64,000 bases of DNA from a virus (IMGVR_UViG_2974512403_000001:1-64000); one strand, 5' to 3'; positions 1-8,165 are shown, numbered from the stretch's first letter. Made by a program: numbers and translations. Notes: generated by a model not told the origin, from the letters alone.

Positions 1-64
1 CCTATATACGTATGCGTGCCTGTGTGTCTGCCGTTTTCCTGGCTTTTAAAGCCATACAAATTAC

Positions 65-143
65 AATATAATAATTTATTATCATGACTACAATAAAATA
101 CTATTGTAGTTTCTTTATTAATATGATAATAATTTATTATATT
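65..143. repeat. Nested inverted repeat (cruciform-capable)
   Basis: 65-85 AATATAATAATTTATTATCAT vs 123-143 ATGATAATAATTTATTATATT (1 mismatch from perfect inversion); inner arms ACTACAATA (87-95)/TATTGTAGT (102-110) around a 6-bp spacer. Confidence 0.85.
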
Positions 144-239
144 TTTTTCGTCTCAACATACTTTTTCACAAACTTTTATGTATTTATTATAATAACGCGA
201 CATTGTATCGAACTGCGCTCAATATCCGTTCGTTGTGTC

Positions 240-660
240 CGTTCTGCGATCGTGCAAGCATAGATCATCACACACAACATCAAGTAATCAACTCACAATC
301 AACATCACAACATCAATGTAACAACATCACATCACACAACCAACAACACATGAACACTCATTCATAACAAGTCATACAATCACGTTTAATCAACTCAATA
401 CATCATCAACACAACAGTACATAACCGACACACAACTGCTTATAACGTCTCTCAATAGCTTGTAGTGTTGTTGCATCCAACATCTATCATCAATCACGAT
501 CAACACACATCATTCAATCAATAATCATCAATATAATTAGATCTAACAACGTTTAGCCTATTTGCTTATAACTACACACAATAACGCTTAAAACGTCTCA
601 CAACGCTTCTTATTGACTAACATAATCAATAACACAATATAAATATGTACACAAAAAAAA
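240..660. repeat. C/A-rich, G-poor low-complexity tract (CAACATCA, AATCAA units)
   Basis: CAACATCA at 275, 300, 308, 322; only 7 G in 261-420; no ORF. Confidence 0.85.
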
Positions 661-685
661 GATCTAACTAATCAAGTTAGATCTT
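652..685 (-). terminator. Intrinsic terminator
   Basis: Minus: AAGATCTAAC-TTGATTA-GTTAGATCTT + T run, just after stop of 693 ORF. Confidence 0.85.
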
Positions 686-692
686 AAATACA

Positions 693-995
693 TTAACACT
701 TATCCAATTCATTTATAATATTGTTCACATCATCAATGCTTAGTAACTTCTCTTGATCAGTGAACACATAACACATCAACTTGTTATCGTTGTAACCTTT
801 AATACGATCGTAATGCTCACGAACTCTTTCCCTAACGTTATAGCAACTATTGATCGTGGCTGTTGTATACACGTCTATTAACTCTTTCTTAACGGCTTTC
901 ACGCTCTCAATACCGTATTCAGATAATATAACGGATTGTCTCAATGTCATGTTAATACCGGCTATATAATCACTCAAAACTTTTTCGGGCGTCAT
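693..995 (-). CDS. Hypothetical protein (100 aa)
   Basis: ORF; start moved to MTPEKV with GGTG RBS. Confidence 0.75.
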   Translation of the reverse strand: MTPEKVLSDYIAGINMTLRQSVILSEYGIESVKAVKKELIDVYTTATINSCYNVRERVREHYDRIKGYNDNKLMCYVFTDQEKLLSIDDVNNIINELDKC

Positions 996-996
996 G

Positions 997-1410
997 TTAT
1001 TCACCAACCTTGATGGTCTTTTTAGTGTACCACAACCCAACACCGTGATACTTTCCTATGCGTTGCTCTTTAATGCGATCGCGCTTGCTTAATCGTGTTA
1101 CAGTCAATTTATAAGCCTTTAAGGGTTTCTTATTGAATAGAATACCATCACCGCCACGCGTTTTAGTATACAACAACACAGACTTTTTAGATCTTATTGG
1201 AACATCAACACTAAAACTTTTACCTTTATTGGGCGTAATTTTAAAATTGTATGTTTGTACGTGTCGTGTCGTATTCGTGATCACGACATTATCTTGATCA
1301 GTCGTGCTCAACTTTACACCGCTTAACATACTGGCCTGGGACTTAATAGCAAACATCATTCCCAATAGAACCCCAACCATAATCAACACTACTTTATTTA
1401 CTTTAAACAT
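997..1410 (-). CDS. Predicted secreted basic protein (paralog of 2408-2782)
   Basis: Start MFKVNK after GGGG RBS; signal-peptide-like N-terminus ending SQA; K/R-rich. Confidence 0.75.
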   Translation of the reverse strand: MFKVNKVVLIMVGVLLGMMFAIKSQASMLSGVKLSTTDQDNVVITNTTRHVQTYNFKITPNKGKSFSVDVPIRSKKSVLLYTKTRGGDGILFNKKPLKAYKLTVTRLSKRDRIKEQRIGKYHGVGLWYTKKTIKVGE

Positions 1411-1442
1411 ATTTACATTTCCCCTTTTCATTGATTGATATA

Positions 1443-1471
1443 AGTATATCAAGATTAACTTTATTTGTCAA
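1443..1471 (-). promoter_or_regulatory. SigmaA-type early promoter
   Basis: TTGACA-N17-TATACT, then CAATCAA leader. Confidence 0.85.
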
Positions 1472-1487
1472 GCATATTTTAATAAAT

Positions 1488-1513
1488 AAAAAAGCACCCA
1501 ATCAAGGGCGCTT
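1488..1513 (-). terminator. Intrinsic terminator
   Basis: Minus: GCGCCC-TTGATT-GGGTGC + T run. Confidence 0.8.
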
Positions 1514-1518
1514 ATCAC

Positions 1519-1974
1519 TTACATAAAACTTACATATAATTTTGTTTTATGATCTTGTAACCATTCGTAAAATTTAAATGATCCACCATTCAAAATGTCC
1601 TGGCCAAAAATATCATAGCCACATCCGTGCACTGTATAATATGCGTCGGGTAATTCTACTACTGATCGCATATTAGATAAAGCATAATTAGTAGTAGGAT
1701 CTTTTGCATAAGCTCGTAAGCATTGTCCTAATAGCGAATTCTTTTTGATACGTCCAATCGTAATCATGCCATCAATAGTTTCATCGATGGTAGCGGTGTC
1801 CTCATCATAATCACCAATTAAGCAGTCGGAACATTCTTTTTTAGCCATTTCCCTGATCGTTTCCATGTCTAAATCTAAATCATGATAACCAAACCCACTC
1901 ATAACGTCATTATCACAAACAACAGTGTTCGCGTCTAAATATTCCATATCATTTTCTAAATCATATTTAATCAT
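1519..1974 (-). CDS. Acidic hypothetical protein (151 aa)
   Basis: Start MIKYDL after AAGGA RBS; about 30% D/E in first 69 aa. Confidence 0.8.
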   Translation of the reverse strand: MIKYDLENDMEYLDANTVVCDNDVMSGFGYHDLDLDMETIREMAKKECSDCLIGDYDEDTATIDETIDGMITIGRIKKNSLLGQCLRAYAKDPTTNYALSNMRSVVELPDAYYTVHGCGYDIFGQDILNGGSFKFYEWLQDHKTKLYVSFM

Positions 1975-2005
1975 ATTTACAGATCCTTTTCTATTTGATA
2001 AATAC

Positions 2006-2034
2006 ATTTTAACAATATTGCCGGGGCTTGTCAA
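2006..2034 (-). promoter_or_regulatory. SigmaA-type early promoter
   Basis: TTGACA-N17-TAAAAT with TG extension. Confidence 0.85.
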
Positions 2035-2053
2035 CTACTTTTTAAGATGCTTT

Positions 2054-2302
2054 TTATTTTAATCGCCGTTTAATGTTTCTCAGTTCAATTTTTTGTGATC
2101 TTGAAAGATTTTTATTAAACTCTTGCAGGTTGCCGAAAGCTTGCTTATAAGCTTTATAATCACGTTTATAATCATCCGTATTGCGAACGTCATCAGGTAC
2201 TAGCCCGTTTAATTTTGAATCATAGGTGTTTAATCGGTCGCTTGTTTTATTTACGATCAGTTGCAACGCCTCACGGTGGTTATATAGATCTTTAATATCC
2301 AT
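2054..2302 (-). CDS. Hypothetical protein (82 aa)
   Basis: ORF with AGGAGG RBS and its own promoter. Confidence 0.8.
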   Translation of the reverse strand: MDIKDLYNHREALQLIVNKTSDRLNTYDSKLNGLVPDDVRNTDDYKRDYKAYKQAFGNLQEFNKNLSRSQKIELRNIKRRLK

Positions 2303-2335
2303 AATGTTATTGTTCCTCCTTTATTTAATAATCTA

Positions 2336-2364
2336 ATTTTAGCAAATTTTATTAGATCTGTCAA
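2336..2364 (-). promoter_or_regulatory. SigmaA-type early promoter
   Basis: TTGACA-N17-TAAAAT with TG extension. Confidence 0.85.
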
Positions 2365-2375
2365 TAACTTTTTAC

Positions 2376-2401
2376 AAAAAAAACTAGCCGCCAGGCTAGT
2401 T
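2376..2401 (-). terminator. Intrinsic terminator
   Basis: Minus: AACTAGCC-TGGC-GGCTAGTT + T run. Confidence 0.85.
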
Positions 2402-2407
2402 AATTAT

Positions 2408-2782
2408 TTATCTATTCCAGATAGTTCGTTGCGTGTTGCTGATTCCCAATGGTATAAAATGGTTCCGCGGATCGGCGTTGCGTTTTTCGTCTACTTTAGA
2501 TACACGCCGAACAGTGACGCTATACTTGCCGGACTGGTTGACCGTCCAGGACTGGCGGGCGTTTAAAGCCATGTAATACCATTTTGAGTGGTTACGTTGT
2601 TTAATAGTGACCCTGTACATGTTTTCAGTACGTCCCGTATTTGTAAGCTTAATAGCGTGCTGCTTAGTACGGATTAAAGTATAAGCATAATTAGGTTTCT
2701 GACTAGCGTCCACATTATAGGCGGTAACTAGCGATAATGTAACACTGGCAATAATGGCGATCAATAATTTATAAAATTTCAT
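2408..2782 (-). CDS. Predicted secreted basic protein (paralog of 997-1410)
   Basis: GGAGG RBS; signal peptide ending VDA; shares LTNT-R and Y-VTV-R-SK-D motifs with 997-1410. Confidence 0.75.
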   Translation of the reverse strand: MKFYKLLIAIIASVTLSLVTAYNVDASQKPNYAYTLIRTKQHAIKLTNTGRTENMYRVTIKQRNHSKWYYMALNARQSWTVNQSGKYSVTVRRVSKVDEKRNADPRNHFIPLGISNTQRTIWNR

Positions 2783-2798
2783 TTTTATACCCTCCGAA

Positions 2799-2933
2799 TT
2801 ATTTAAAGAATGACTGGAAAAATTTTGAATTTTTAAGCGATGGAAATTGTAAAAGTAATCCGTAACACATGCCGACCACCGAAAAAACCAAAATTAATAG
2901 ATAGAACACATTACTAAGATCAACAACTAACAT
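2799..2933 (-). CDS. Small membrane protein (44 aa)
   Basis: Start MLVVDL after GGAGG; one hydrophobic helix. Confidence 0.65.
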   Translation of the reverse strand: MLVVDLSNVFYLLILVFSVVGMCYGLLLQFPSLKNSKFFQSFFK

Positions 2934-2946
2934 TTTGACACCCCTC

Positions 2947-3105
2947 CTACATTTCCTTGAAATATTGCCCCGTTTCCTCAACGTGATAAACCAAACCTTT
3001 TTGATTGTCAATTTCTAGTGGATCCAATTCTATGAAAAAATCATAGGGCAAATAATGATTATCGTATGCGATTTTCTCAAGCTCTGACATTGTTAATTCG
3101 ATCAT
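2947..3105 (-). CDS. Small acidic protein (52 aa), not in ORF track
   Basis: AAAGGAG RBS; MIELTMSELEK...YFKEM translated by hand. Confidence 0.7.
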   Translation of the reverse strand: MIELTMSELEKIAYDNHYLPYDFFIELDPLEIDNQKGLVYHVEETGQYFKEM

Positions 3106-3120
3106 ATTTATTTCTCCTTT

Positions 3121-3369
3121 TTAAAAATTATTTCCCAACATATTAATAATTTTTTCTACCGTTAGTACGACCATATTATCAGTATAATAATATTGATCCT
3201 CAACGGCTTTTCCATCATATTCTATTCTAACATTATTACGTTTACAATTAACCCATAAATTTTTATCTTTATTCGTGACTAGCATTTTGTTGCCTACTAT
3301 TCGAGCGTTTAAATTGCCTTCAAGCCGTAAGTCATTTTTTAAATCGCTATAAAAATCTTTTTTAGTCAT
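3121..3369 (-). CDS. Hypothetical protein (82 aa)
   Basis: Start MTKKDF after AAGGAG. Confidence 0.8.
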   Translation of the reverse strand: MTKKDFYSDLKNDLRLEGNLNARIVGNKMLVTNKDKNLWVNCKRNNVRIEYDGKAVEDQYYYTDNMVVLTVEKIINMLGNNF

Positions 3370-3401
3370 ATTTACATTTCTCCTTTTTTTTGATTGTCTA
3401 A

Positions 3402-3430
3402 ATTCTAACATATTTACCAAAAGCCGTCAA
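3402..3430 (-). promoter_or_regulatory. SigmaA-type early promoter
   Basis: TTGACG-N17-TAGAAT with TG extension, CAATCAA leader. Confidence 0.8.
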
Positions 3431-3436
3431 CACATT

Positions 3437-3679
3437 TTATAACTTTTCATACCCTAGGCCGTCTAAAATTCCAACGATCTTTTTTAGATCCTTGTTTACA
3501 TTTCCCGCGATCAAAACATTATGGGTTGACGTTCCTTGATAATTACTCTTTTCAAGGTAAAACTTATCAACCGCATTTACTTCAAGAATTTTGCCATTTC
3601 CGTACATATCAAGTTGACCGACAATTTCAAAATGATTCGTTTTGAGTAGCATTTCAACCAATTTCGCATTAATTTTCAT
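3437..3679 (-). CDS. Hypothetical protein (80 aa)
   Basis: Start MKINAK after AAGGA. Confidence 0.8.
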   Translation of the reverse strand: MKINAKLVEMLLKTNHFEIVGQLDMYGNGKILEVNAVDKFYLEKSNYQGTSTHNVLIAGNVNKDLKKIVGILDGLGYEKL

Positions 3680-3710
3680 AATATTTACCATCCTTTTTTT
3701 GATTGACTAA

Positions 3711-3739
3711 ATTCTAGCATATTTATTTTTTAATTGCAA
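3711..3739 (-). promoter_or_regulatory. SigmaA-type early promoter
   Basis: TTGCAA-N17-TAGAAT with TG extension, CAATCAA leader. Confidence 0.8.
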
Positions 3740-4049
3740 CCCGATCATTAAATAAATTATTAAAGCTTCTTAAAACGTCTTGATAACCGCCACTACATTC
3801 GTATTCGTCATCATCGTACAAGCAATATTTTTCTCTTTCGGGTGTTCCTTTAGCCGCATAATATACAAACGTATATTTCCCGTTAATCGTAAAAATATAC
3901 ATCAGTCCGGCGGTTTGGGACTTGAAACGCTCTACAACTATTTCAGCGTCTTGCTTTCCGTAAGCCAAGGCGTTCGCAATTCCGACAATTGTTTTTGTTT
4001 CCCGGCAACGATATTCAACCTTGCTTTTTAAAAATAACTCTTGATCCAT
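3723..4049 (-). CDS. Hypothetical protein (108 aa)
   Basis: Start MDQELF after GGAGG. Confidence 0.8.
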   Translation of the reverse strand: MDQELFLKSKVEYRCRETKTIVGIANALAYGKQDAEIVVERFKSQTAGLMYIFTINGKYTFVYYAAKGTPEREKYCLYDDDEYECSGGYQDVLRSFNNLFNDRVAIKK

Positions 4050-4080
4050 TTTTAACAACCTCCCTCGCTTGATTGATTAA

Positions 4081-4109
4081 AGAATATCATACGCCAGGAT
4101 CAAAAACAA
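4081..4109 (-). promoter_or_regulatory. SigmaA-type early promoter
   Basis: TTGTTT-N17-TATTCT with TG extension, CAATCAA leader. Confidence 0.65.
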
Positions 4110-4296
4110 CCCCCAGGGCAAAAAATATTTAATTAATCAAAAAACGATTTTTCATATTATAGTAGGAAGATCTATTTTTATAACTCAATTTTAAGCTTAA
4201 ACGCCCGTTATATAAGTATTTAAGGGCTGTTTTTATTGCTTATGCGTTATTTTATATAATCGTTTTACATATTATAGTAAGAAAAATTCTTTTTAT

Positions 4297-4600
4297 ATGT
4301 GTGTTTGTTTATGTAAGCACCTATATACTAGCGTTTTAAAGCTTATATGCATGTGTGTATATGTGTGTTTTAGGGAATGCGTGCGTGATCATGCGTTTGT
4401 GTTTACATGTGTGTATGTGTGTTTATGCGTACTTGTGTGTGTATGCGTGTTTCGTAGGGCGGTGTCGCATGTACGTATGTGTGCGTGTTTCGTATAGCGC
4501 TATATGCGTGTCTGCACGTGTTTTCCTATGTGTGCGTGCGTGTTTTTCATGAGGCTTACGCAGGCGTGGGCTATTAAATCTAAGCTGTGTATGTGTGAGT
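4297..4600. repeat. TG-rich alternating purine/pyrimidine repeat tract
   Basis: Repeated TATGYGTGTTT-like units (TATGTGTGTTT, TATGCGTGTTTCGTA, TGTGCGTGTTTCGTA). Confidence 0.85.
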
Positions 4601-5155
4601 GATATGTTAAGGTGGCCAAGATGCCATTGCCCCATATTAACATTTGGCCGCTCAAGCAAAAGCGCTAAATGATGCTCATAGTCTATTTGGACGTTTTTGT
4701 GCATAAAAATATCGCTAGAAGCATTGAATAACATATCCAATGCATAGCAAGTCTGCCCGTAGCATTTTGATTAGAATGAGCATATGAAAAACCATCCAAC
4801 AAATAAACCATTATCAAATTATTGAGAATGACTGGGCATTATCTAATAGTAAAACTCTAATAAATACCGCATAGGAATATTTTTAATATTTTTTCAGATT
4901 GCAAGCATTAATCTAGTGTCGACAAACATTTAATAAATTATTTTTATATGTAATTATTAACAATGATGTTTTCCAAGATGCGTTTCAATCATTAATCATG
5001 TCAATCGTCGCTAACCTCATAACATGTATAATTGTAAAACTTTATCTGGATGAATTATTATAAATATATAAATATGGCTAGGGCCGGGGTATATTGAAGA
5101 ACTTTTTCCGACCAACATTTCTCGTGTGTTACATATTTACTGTCAGTAGGGGTAA

Positions 5156-5181
5156 ATAAAAAGCCCTCTATTGAGGACTAA
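5156..5181 (-). terminator. Intrinsic terminator
   Basis: Minus: AGTCCTC-AATA-GAGGGCT + T run. Confidence 0.75.
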
Positions 5182-5184
5182 TCA

Positions 5185-5340
5185 TTATTTAACAGGAAAC
5201 TCATAAATGTTCTTGTTCCCACATTGCTCACATTGATATTGCGCTCTTACATGTTTTCTAGTTGTCGCAGCCATCGAAATTTTCTTAAAGTATTGGTTCG
5301 TATGACAAACAGAGCAATAGCAAAGTATTTCTTCTTTCAT
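5185..5340 (-). CDS. Zn-ribbon protein (51 aa)
   Basis: CSVC...CEQC; start moved to MKEEIL. Confidence 0.75.
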   Translation of the reverse strand: MKEEILCYCSVCHTNQYFKKISMAATTRKHVRAQYQCEQCGNKNIYEFPVK

Positions 5341-5534
5341 TAATCCTGCCCCAACTTTCTTCCACATAAGGGGCAATAATTTATTTTTACTTCATTATAA
5401 TCTGGTTCGTCGTTATAATCATCCCAGCCATCATATGCCAAATAATTCCCGTCGACATATATATAGCTGGATTTAAAACTCAAGATGGGATTACTGTCTT
5501 CGCCTTTGGACCCGCATATTTTGCATTCACTCAT
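5340..5534 (-). CDS. Zn-finger protein (64 aa)
   Basis: CKIC...YCPLCGRKL. Confidence 0.8.
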   Translation of the reverse strand: MSECKICGSKGEDSNPILSFKSSYIYVDGNYLAYDGWDDYNDEPDYNEVKINYCPLCGRKLGQD

Positions 5535-5668
5535 TCAATTAACCCCATTTCTCCGCCTAATAAAGGGGAGTAATTCATCTCTGTTCCCATAGTATAAACA
5601 ATCCCTTTATATTTCCAACCATATCCGTCAATAAATACACTCCCAGTGTAGCATTCTTTCATTATCAT
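5531..5668 (-). CDS. Small hypothetical protein (45 aa), not in ORF track
   Basis: AGGAG RBS; MIMKECYTG...; stop overlaps next start. Confidence 0.6.
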   Translation of the reverse strand: MIMKECYTGSVFIDGYGWKYKGIVYTMGTEMNYSPLLGGEMGLIE

Positions 5669-5715
5669 TTATCTCCTTAACATTAAAATGGTGATTAATC
5701 TGATCGCTATATACT

Positions 5716-6291
5716 TCAATAAGCGTAATATTCTGTGCGTACCTTGTTATTGTTCATGCGATTATTAATCGTACCAATATTCGTATTTTTATACTTAAAG
5801 GGCTTAGATACTTCAATTTTATTCTTCTTTGAGTTCCATGATGAGGTAAATACAACCTCATAGTGGGCAGGTTTATAGCTCGTTTGAACACGGGTACCTA
5901 CTTTAAAATTCTTAATCTTACGGTTATAACTGCTACCACTGAACCCGTCGAATAGATTATTCATCATATCTAAATCAGCTTTATTACCCTCAGCGCCAAT
6001 ATTAACACCATTAGTATCTGCTTCGTCTTGCTTACTGGTAGTTCCATCAGATAGTATAATCTCAGACACATTGACATTACGCTTATACTTATACTCATCA
6101 AACGTCCGTAGCCCAACGATATAAGCATACTTAGAACTCCCTGGTACATAATGTTGTGATACAATTTCAGCATTAGAGTTATCGTACACTGTATGTTCCT
6201 TAATTGCAATAGAGATAACATACCCAGAAACAATTAATAATACAGTCACCACTACCCCAAACAAGATATAGTGTTTCTTCTTACTATTCAC
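5716..6291 (-). CDS. Membrane-anchored hypothetical protein
   Basis: GTG start with GGAGG; N-terminal TM helix. Confidence 0.75.
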   Translation of the reverse strand: MNSKKKHYILFGVVVTVLLIVSGYVISIAIKEHTVYDNSNAEIVSQHYVPGSSKYAYIVGLRTFDEYKYKRNVNVSEIILSDGTTSKQDEADTNGVNIGAEGNKADLDMMNNLFDGFSGSSYNRKIKNFKVGTRVQTSYKPAHYEVVFTSSWNSKKNKIEVSKPFKYKNTNIGTINNRMNNNKVRTEYYAY

Positions 6292-6343
6292 TATTATCCG
6301 GCCTCCTAAAATAAGAGTTTTATCGTGATGAGTGTCATAAGTT

Positions 6344-6778
6344 TTACGACACGTAAATAGGTTTAATGTTCACCTTATCCCAATCTAACGGGATGTCTTT
6401 GCGTTCTTTAATTTTTGAAATCTCCGCCAGCGTAAAAATTGTTTGATAGCTATCCGTATTAAGATCATCAGCAAGTAAAGGTTTATTGTTTTCATCAATG
6501 TTCAAATATTCATTAAGCACATTTACTTTGTACTTAGTTTTGTCTTTTCGATCTTCGACCGGGGTTGCTGATAGTTCAGCCATAATCATATACGCTTTTT
6601 CAAACATAGGGACACTTTTGCTCATAGACGTTAATGATTCAAGACCATATCTATAAGGTCTAACGTAGATAATTAAGGAGTCCTGATAGAAAACATCAAA
6701 CTCTCCGTCGAGATCAACGTCGGCGCTGTAATTCTTACTCAATGATTCGATCTGTTGTTTCGCTTCGTTATATTGCAT
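6344..6778 (-). CDS. Conserved phage protein (paralog family with 9315, 10489)
   Basis: TPVEDR and FTLAEI...PLDWDKV motifs. Confidence 0.8.
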   Translation of the reverse strand: MQYNEAKQQIESLSKNYSADVDLDGEFDVFYQDSLIIYVRPYRYGLESLTSMSKSVPMFEKAYMIMAELSATPVEDRKDKTKYKVNVLNEYLNIDENNKPLLADDLNTDSYQTIFTLAEISKIKERKDIPLDWDKVNIKPIYVS

Positions 6779-6793
6779 TTTTTAATTCCTCCA

Positions 6794-7009
6794 TTACTCC
6801 ATATTTGCATCCCAGACATCTTCTAATACCGTGTCGGGGTCAATTTCTTTGATTTCAAACTCAGTATTGCCGTCAATGAACCTGGGTAACGTACCCATAA
6901 CTTTTTCTTCCGCCTTTTTTGCCTTATTTAATGAGGTAAAAATTCCATCCACACCAAACTCGCTCTGGTAAGATCCATATGATCTGTCTATCAAAACATA
7001 TAACTTCAT
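6794..7009 (-). CDS. Hypothetical protein (71 aa)
   Basis: Start MKLYVL after GGAGG. Confidence 0.75.
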   Translation of the reverse strand: MKLYVLIDRSYGSYQSEFGVDGIFTSLNKAKKAEEKVMGTLPRFIDGNTEFEIKEIDPDTVLEDVWDANME

Positions 7010-7473
7010 TTTTCTTCCTCCACTTGATAACCGTCTAGCCATGCACGGGCAAACAGATCTTGATTATCAGACGGACACAACCAACTTAATATGTCGTGGA
7101 TCATATCATGTGATCTGGCATGACCAAACAACACGATATTGCCAGATAAAGATGTTCCTATGGTAGTGTTGGCACGCTTACAATCCGTAAGGTAATTTGC
7201 AACATTTTTAGGAATCACTGGTAAATCAGCATAAGTCTTCTTGAACACATCGTTCTTAATAGCCCAATGCTCGCCATTAACTCCAGATGCAATCCAGTCG
7301 CCAATATTCACTCTTAGCTCACCTTCCAATGTTGGTAAGAAGTAAGCACCCTCAAACCCCATAGCAGTAGATGCAAGCTGTGTATTAATAATATCATATT
7401 TATCAATCATCTCAGCACTGCCATCAAATTGTTCAGCCTTGATAGTAGCTGTTTTACGATAAGTTTTAATCAT
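7006..7473 (-). CDS. DUF1642-like domain fusion protein
   Basis: N-term IKAEQFDG...TLEG...GDWI domain; C-term LPVIPKNVA...FARAWLDGYQVEEE. Confidence 0.75.
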   Translation of the reverse strand: MIKTYRKTATIKAEQFDGSAEMIDKYDIINTQLASTAMGFEGAYFLPTLEGELRVNIGDWIASGVNGEHWAIKNDVFKKTYADLPVIPKNVANYLTDCKRANTTIGTSLSGNIVLFGHARSHDMIHDILSWLCPSDNQDLFARAWLDGYQVEEEK

Positions 7474-7646
7474 TTCGATTCCTCCGTATAAAGAACAGTT
7501 AACGTATGCGAGTGGTCATCATATGGTAATACCGTATCACCCGTGGAAATTTGAATGACATTTCTATCTTTGATGAAACTATTAACTTTATCATCAAATT
7601 CATAGTCATTTGTACAGTTAGTCCAGAATGTTTTAACTTTCATCAT
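7470..7646 (-). CDS. Small hypothetical protein (58 aa), not in ORF track
   Basis: GGAG RBS; MMKVKTF...; stop overlaps next ATG. Confidence 0.65.
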   Translation of the reverse strand: MMKVKTFWTNCTNDYEFDDKVNSFIKDRNVIQISTGDTVLPYDDHSHTLTVLYTEESK

Positions 7647-7657
7647 TTTTATTACTC

Positions 7658-7978
7658 CTAATCAGAAATTGTAAGAGATGAGTGCATGTATATGGTATTT
7701 GTGGCATCATCATAAAATGAATCAGTGCGTACTCCCATTCCAGCCCAATTAGTCTCAACCGGCATGTCTTTGGGTAATTTTTTAAGATCTTCGATTAATT
7801 CCCCGACGGTTTCTCCAAAACTCCAATTTTCATCTATAACCGGGGATGTGATAATAGCTTTCTCTGCTTCAACACAGCTGTCTAATTCATCCTTAATTTT
7901 TTCATGATCAATAGGATAATCACTAAAGACTGGAATTCCCCAGACCTCATCTTCATATTTCCACTTATTATTGCTCAT
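7658..7978 (-). CDS. Hypothetical protein (106 aa)
   Basis: ORF, start MSNNKW. Confidence 0.7.
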   Translation of the reverse strand: MSNNKWKYEDEVWGIPVFSDYPIDHEKIKDELDSCVEAEKAIITSPVIDENWSFGETVGELIEDLKKLPKDMPVETNWAGMGVRTDSFYDDATNTIYMHSSLTISD

Positions 7979-8165
7979 CGGTTTCGTCCCCAATTTTTCC
8001 GATCATAATTTTTGTAAATTCCTCTGTTTCGTCAATATGATCAAGAAGAGTTTTCAAAATTGTCGGTAAATCATGAGGGGTATCAAACTCCATTTCAACC
8101 TCATATCCATCTGATTCTCCAACTGTTTTAATATGGTACTTGTTTTCAATTTCTGATTTTACCAT
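7968..8165 (-). CDS. Hypothetical protein (65 aa)
   Basis: ORF in tightly packed operon. Confidence 0.7.
   Translation of the reverse strand: MVKSEIENKYHIKTVGESDGYEVEMEFDTPHDLPTILKTLLDHIDETEEFTKIMIGKIGDETDEQ

Noticed and set aside
240-660. CRISPR array or mini-array
   Set aside because: Units are short, irregular and lack repeat-spacer periodicity
2984-3011. TTGACA-N17-TATCAC promoter and the longer 2799-3011 ORF start
   Set aside because: Lies within the RBS-supported ORF 2947-3105; better start at 2933
4297-4740. Three ORFs rich in C/V/M or H/T
   Set aside because: Artefacts of the TG-repeat tract; no RBS, overlapping frames
5010-5042. dif-like site (CTCATAACATGTATAATTGTAAAACT)
   Set aside because: XerD-arm match is poor and the spacing is off; the 4145/4261 repeats are also 4 bp too short for dif
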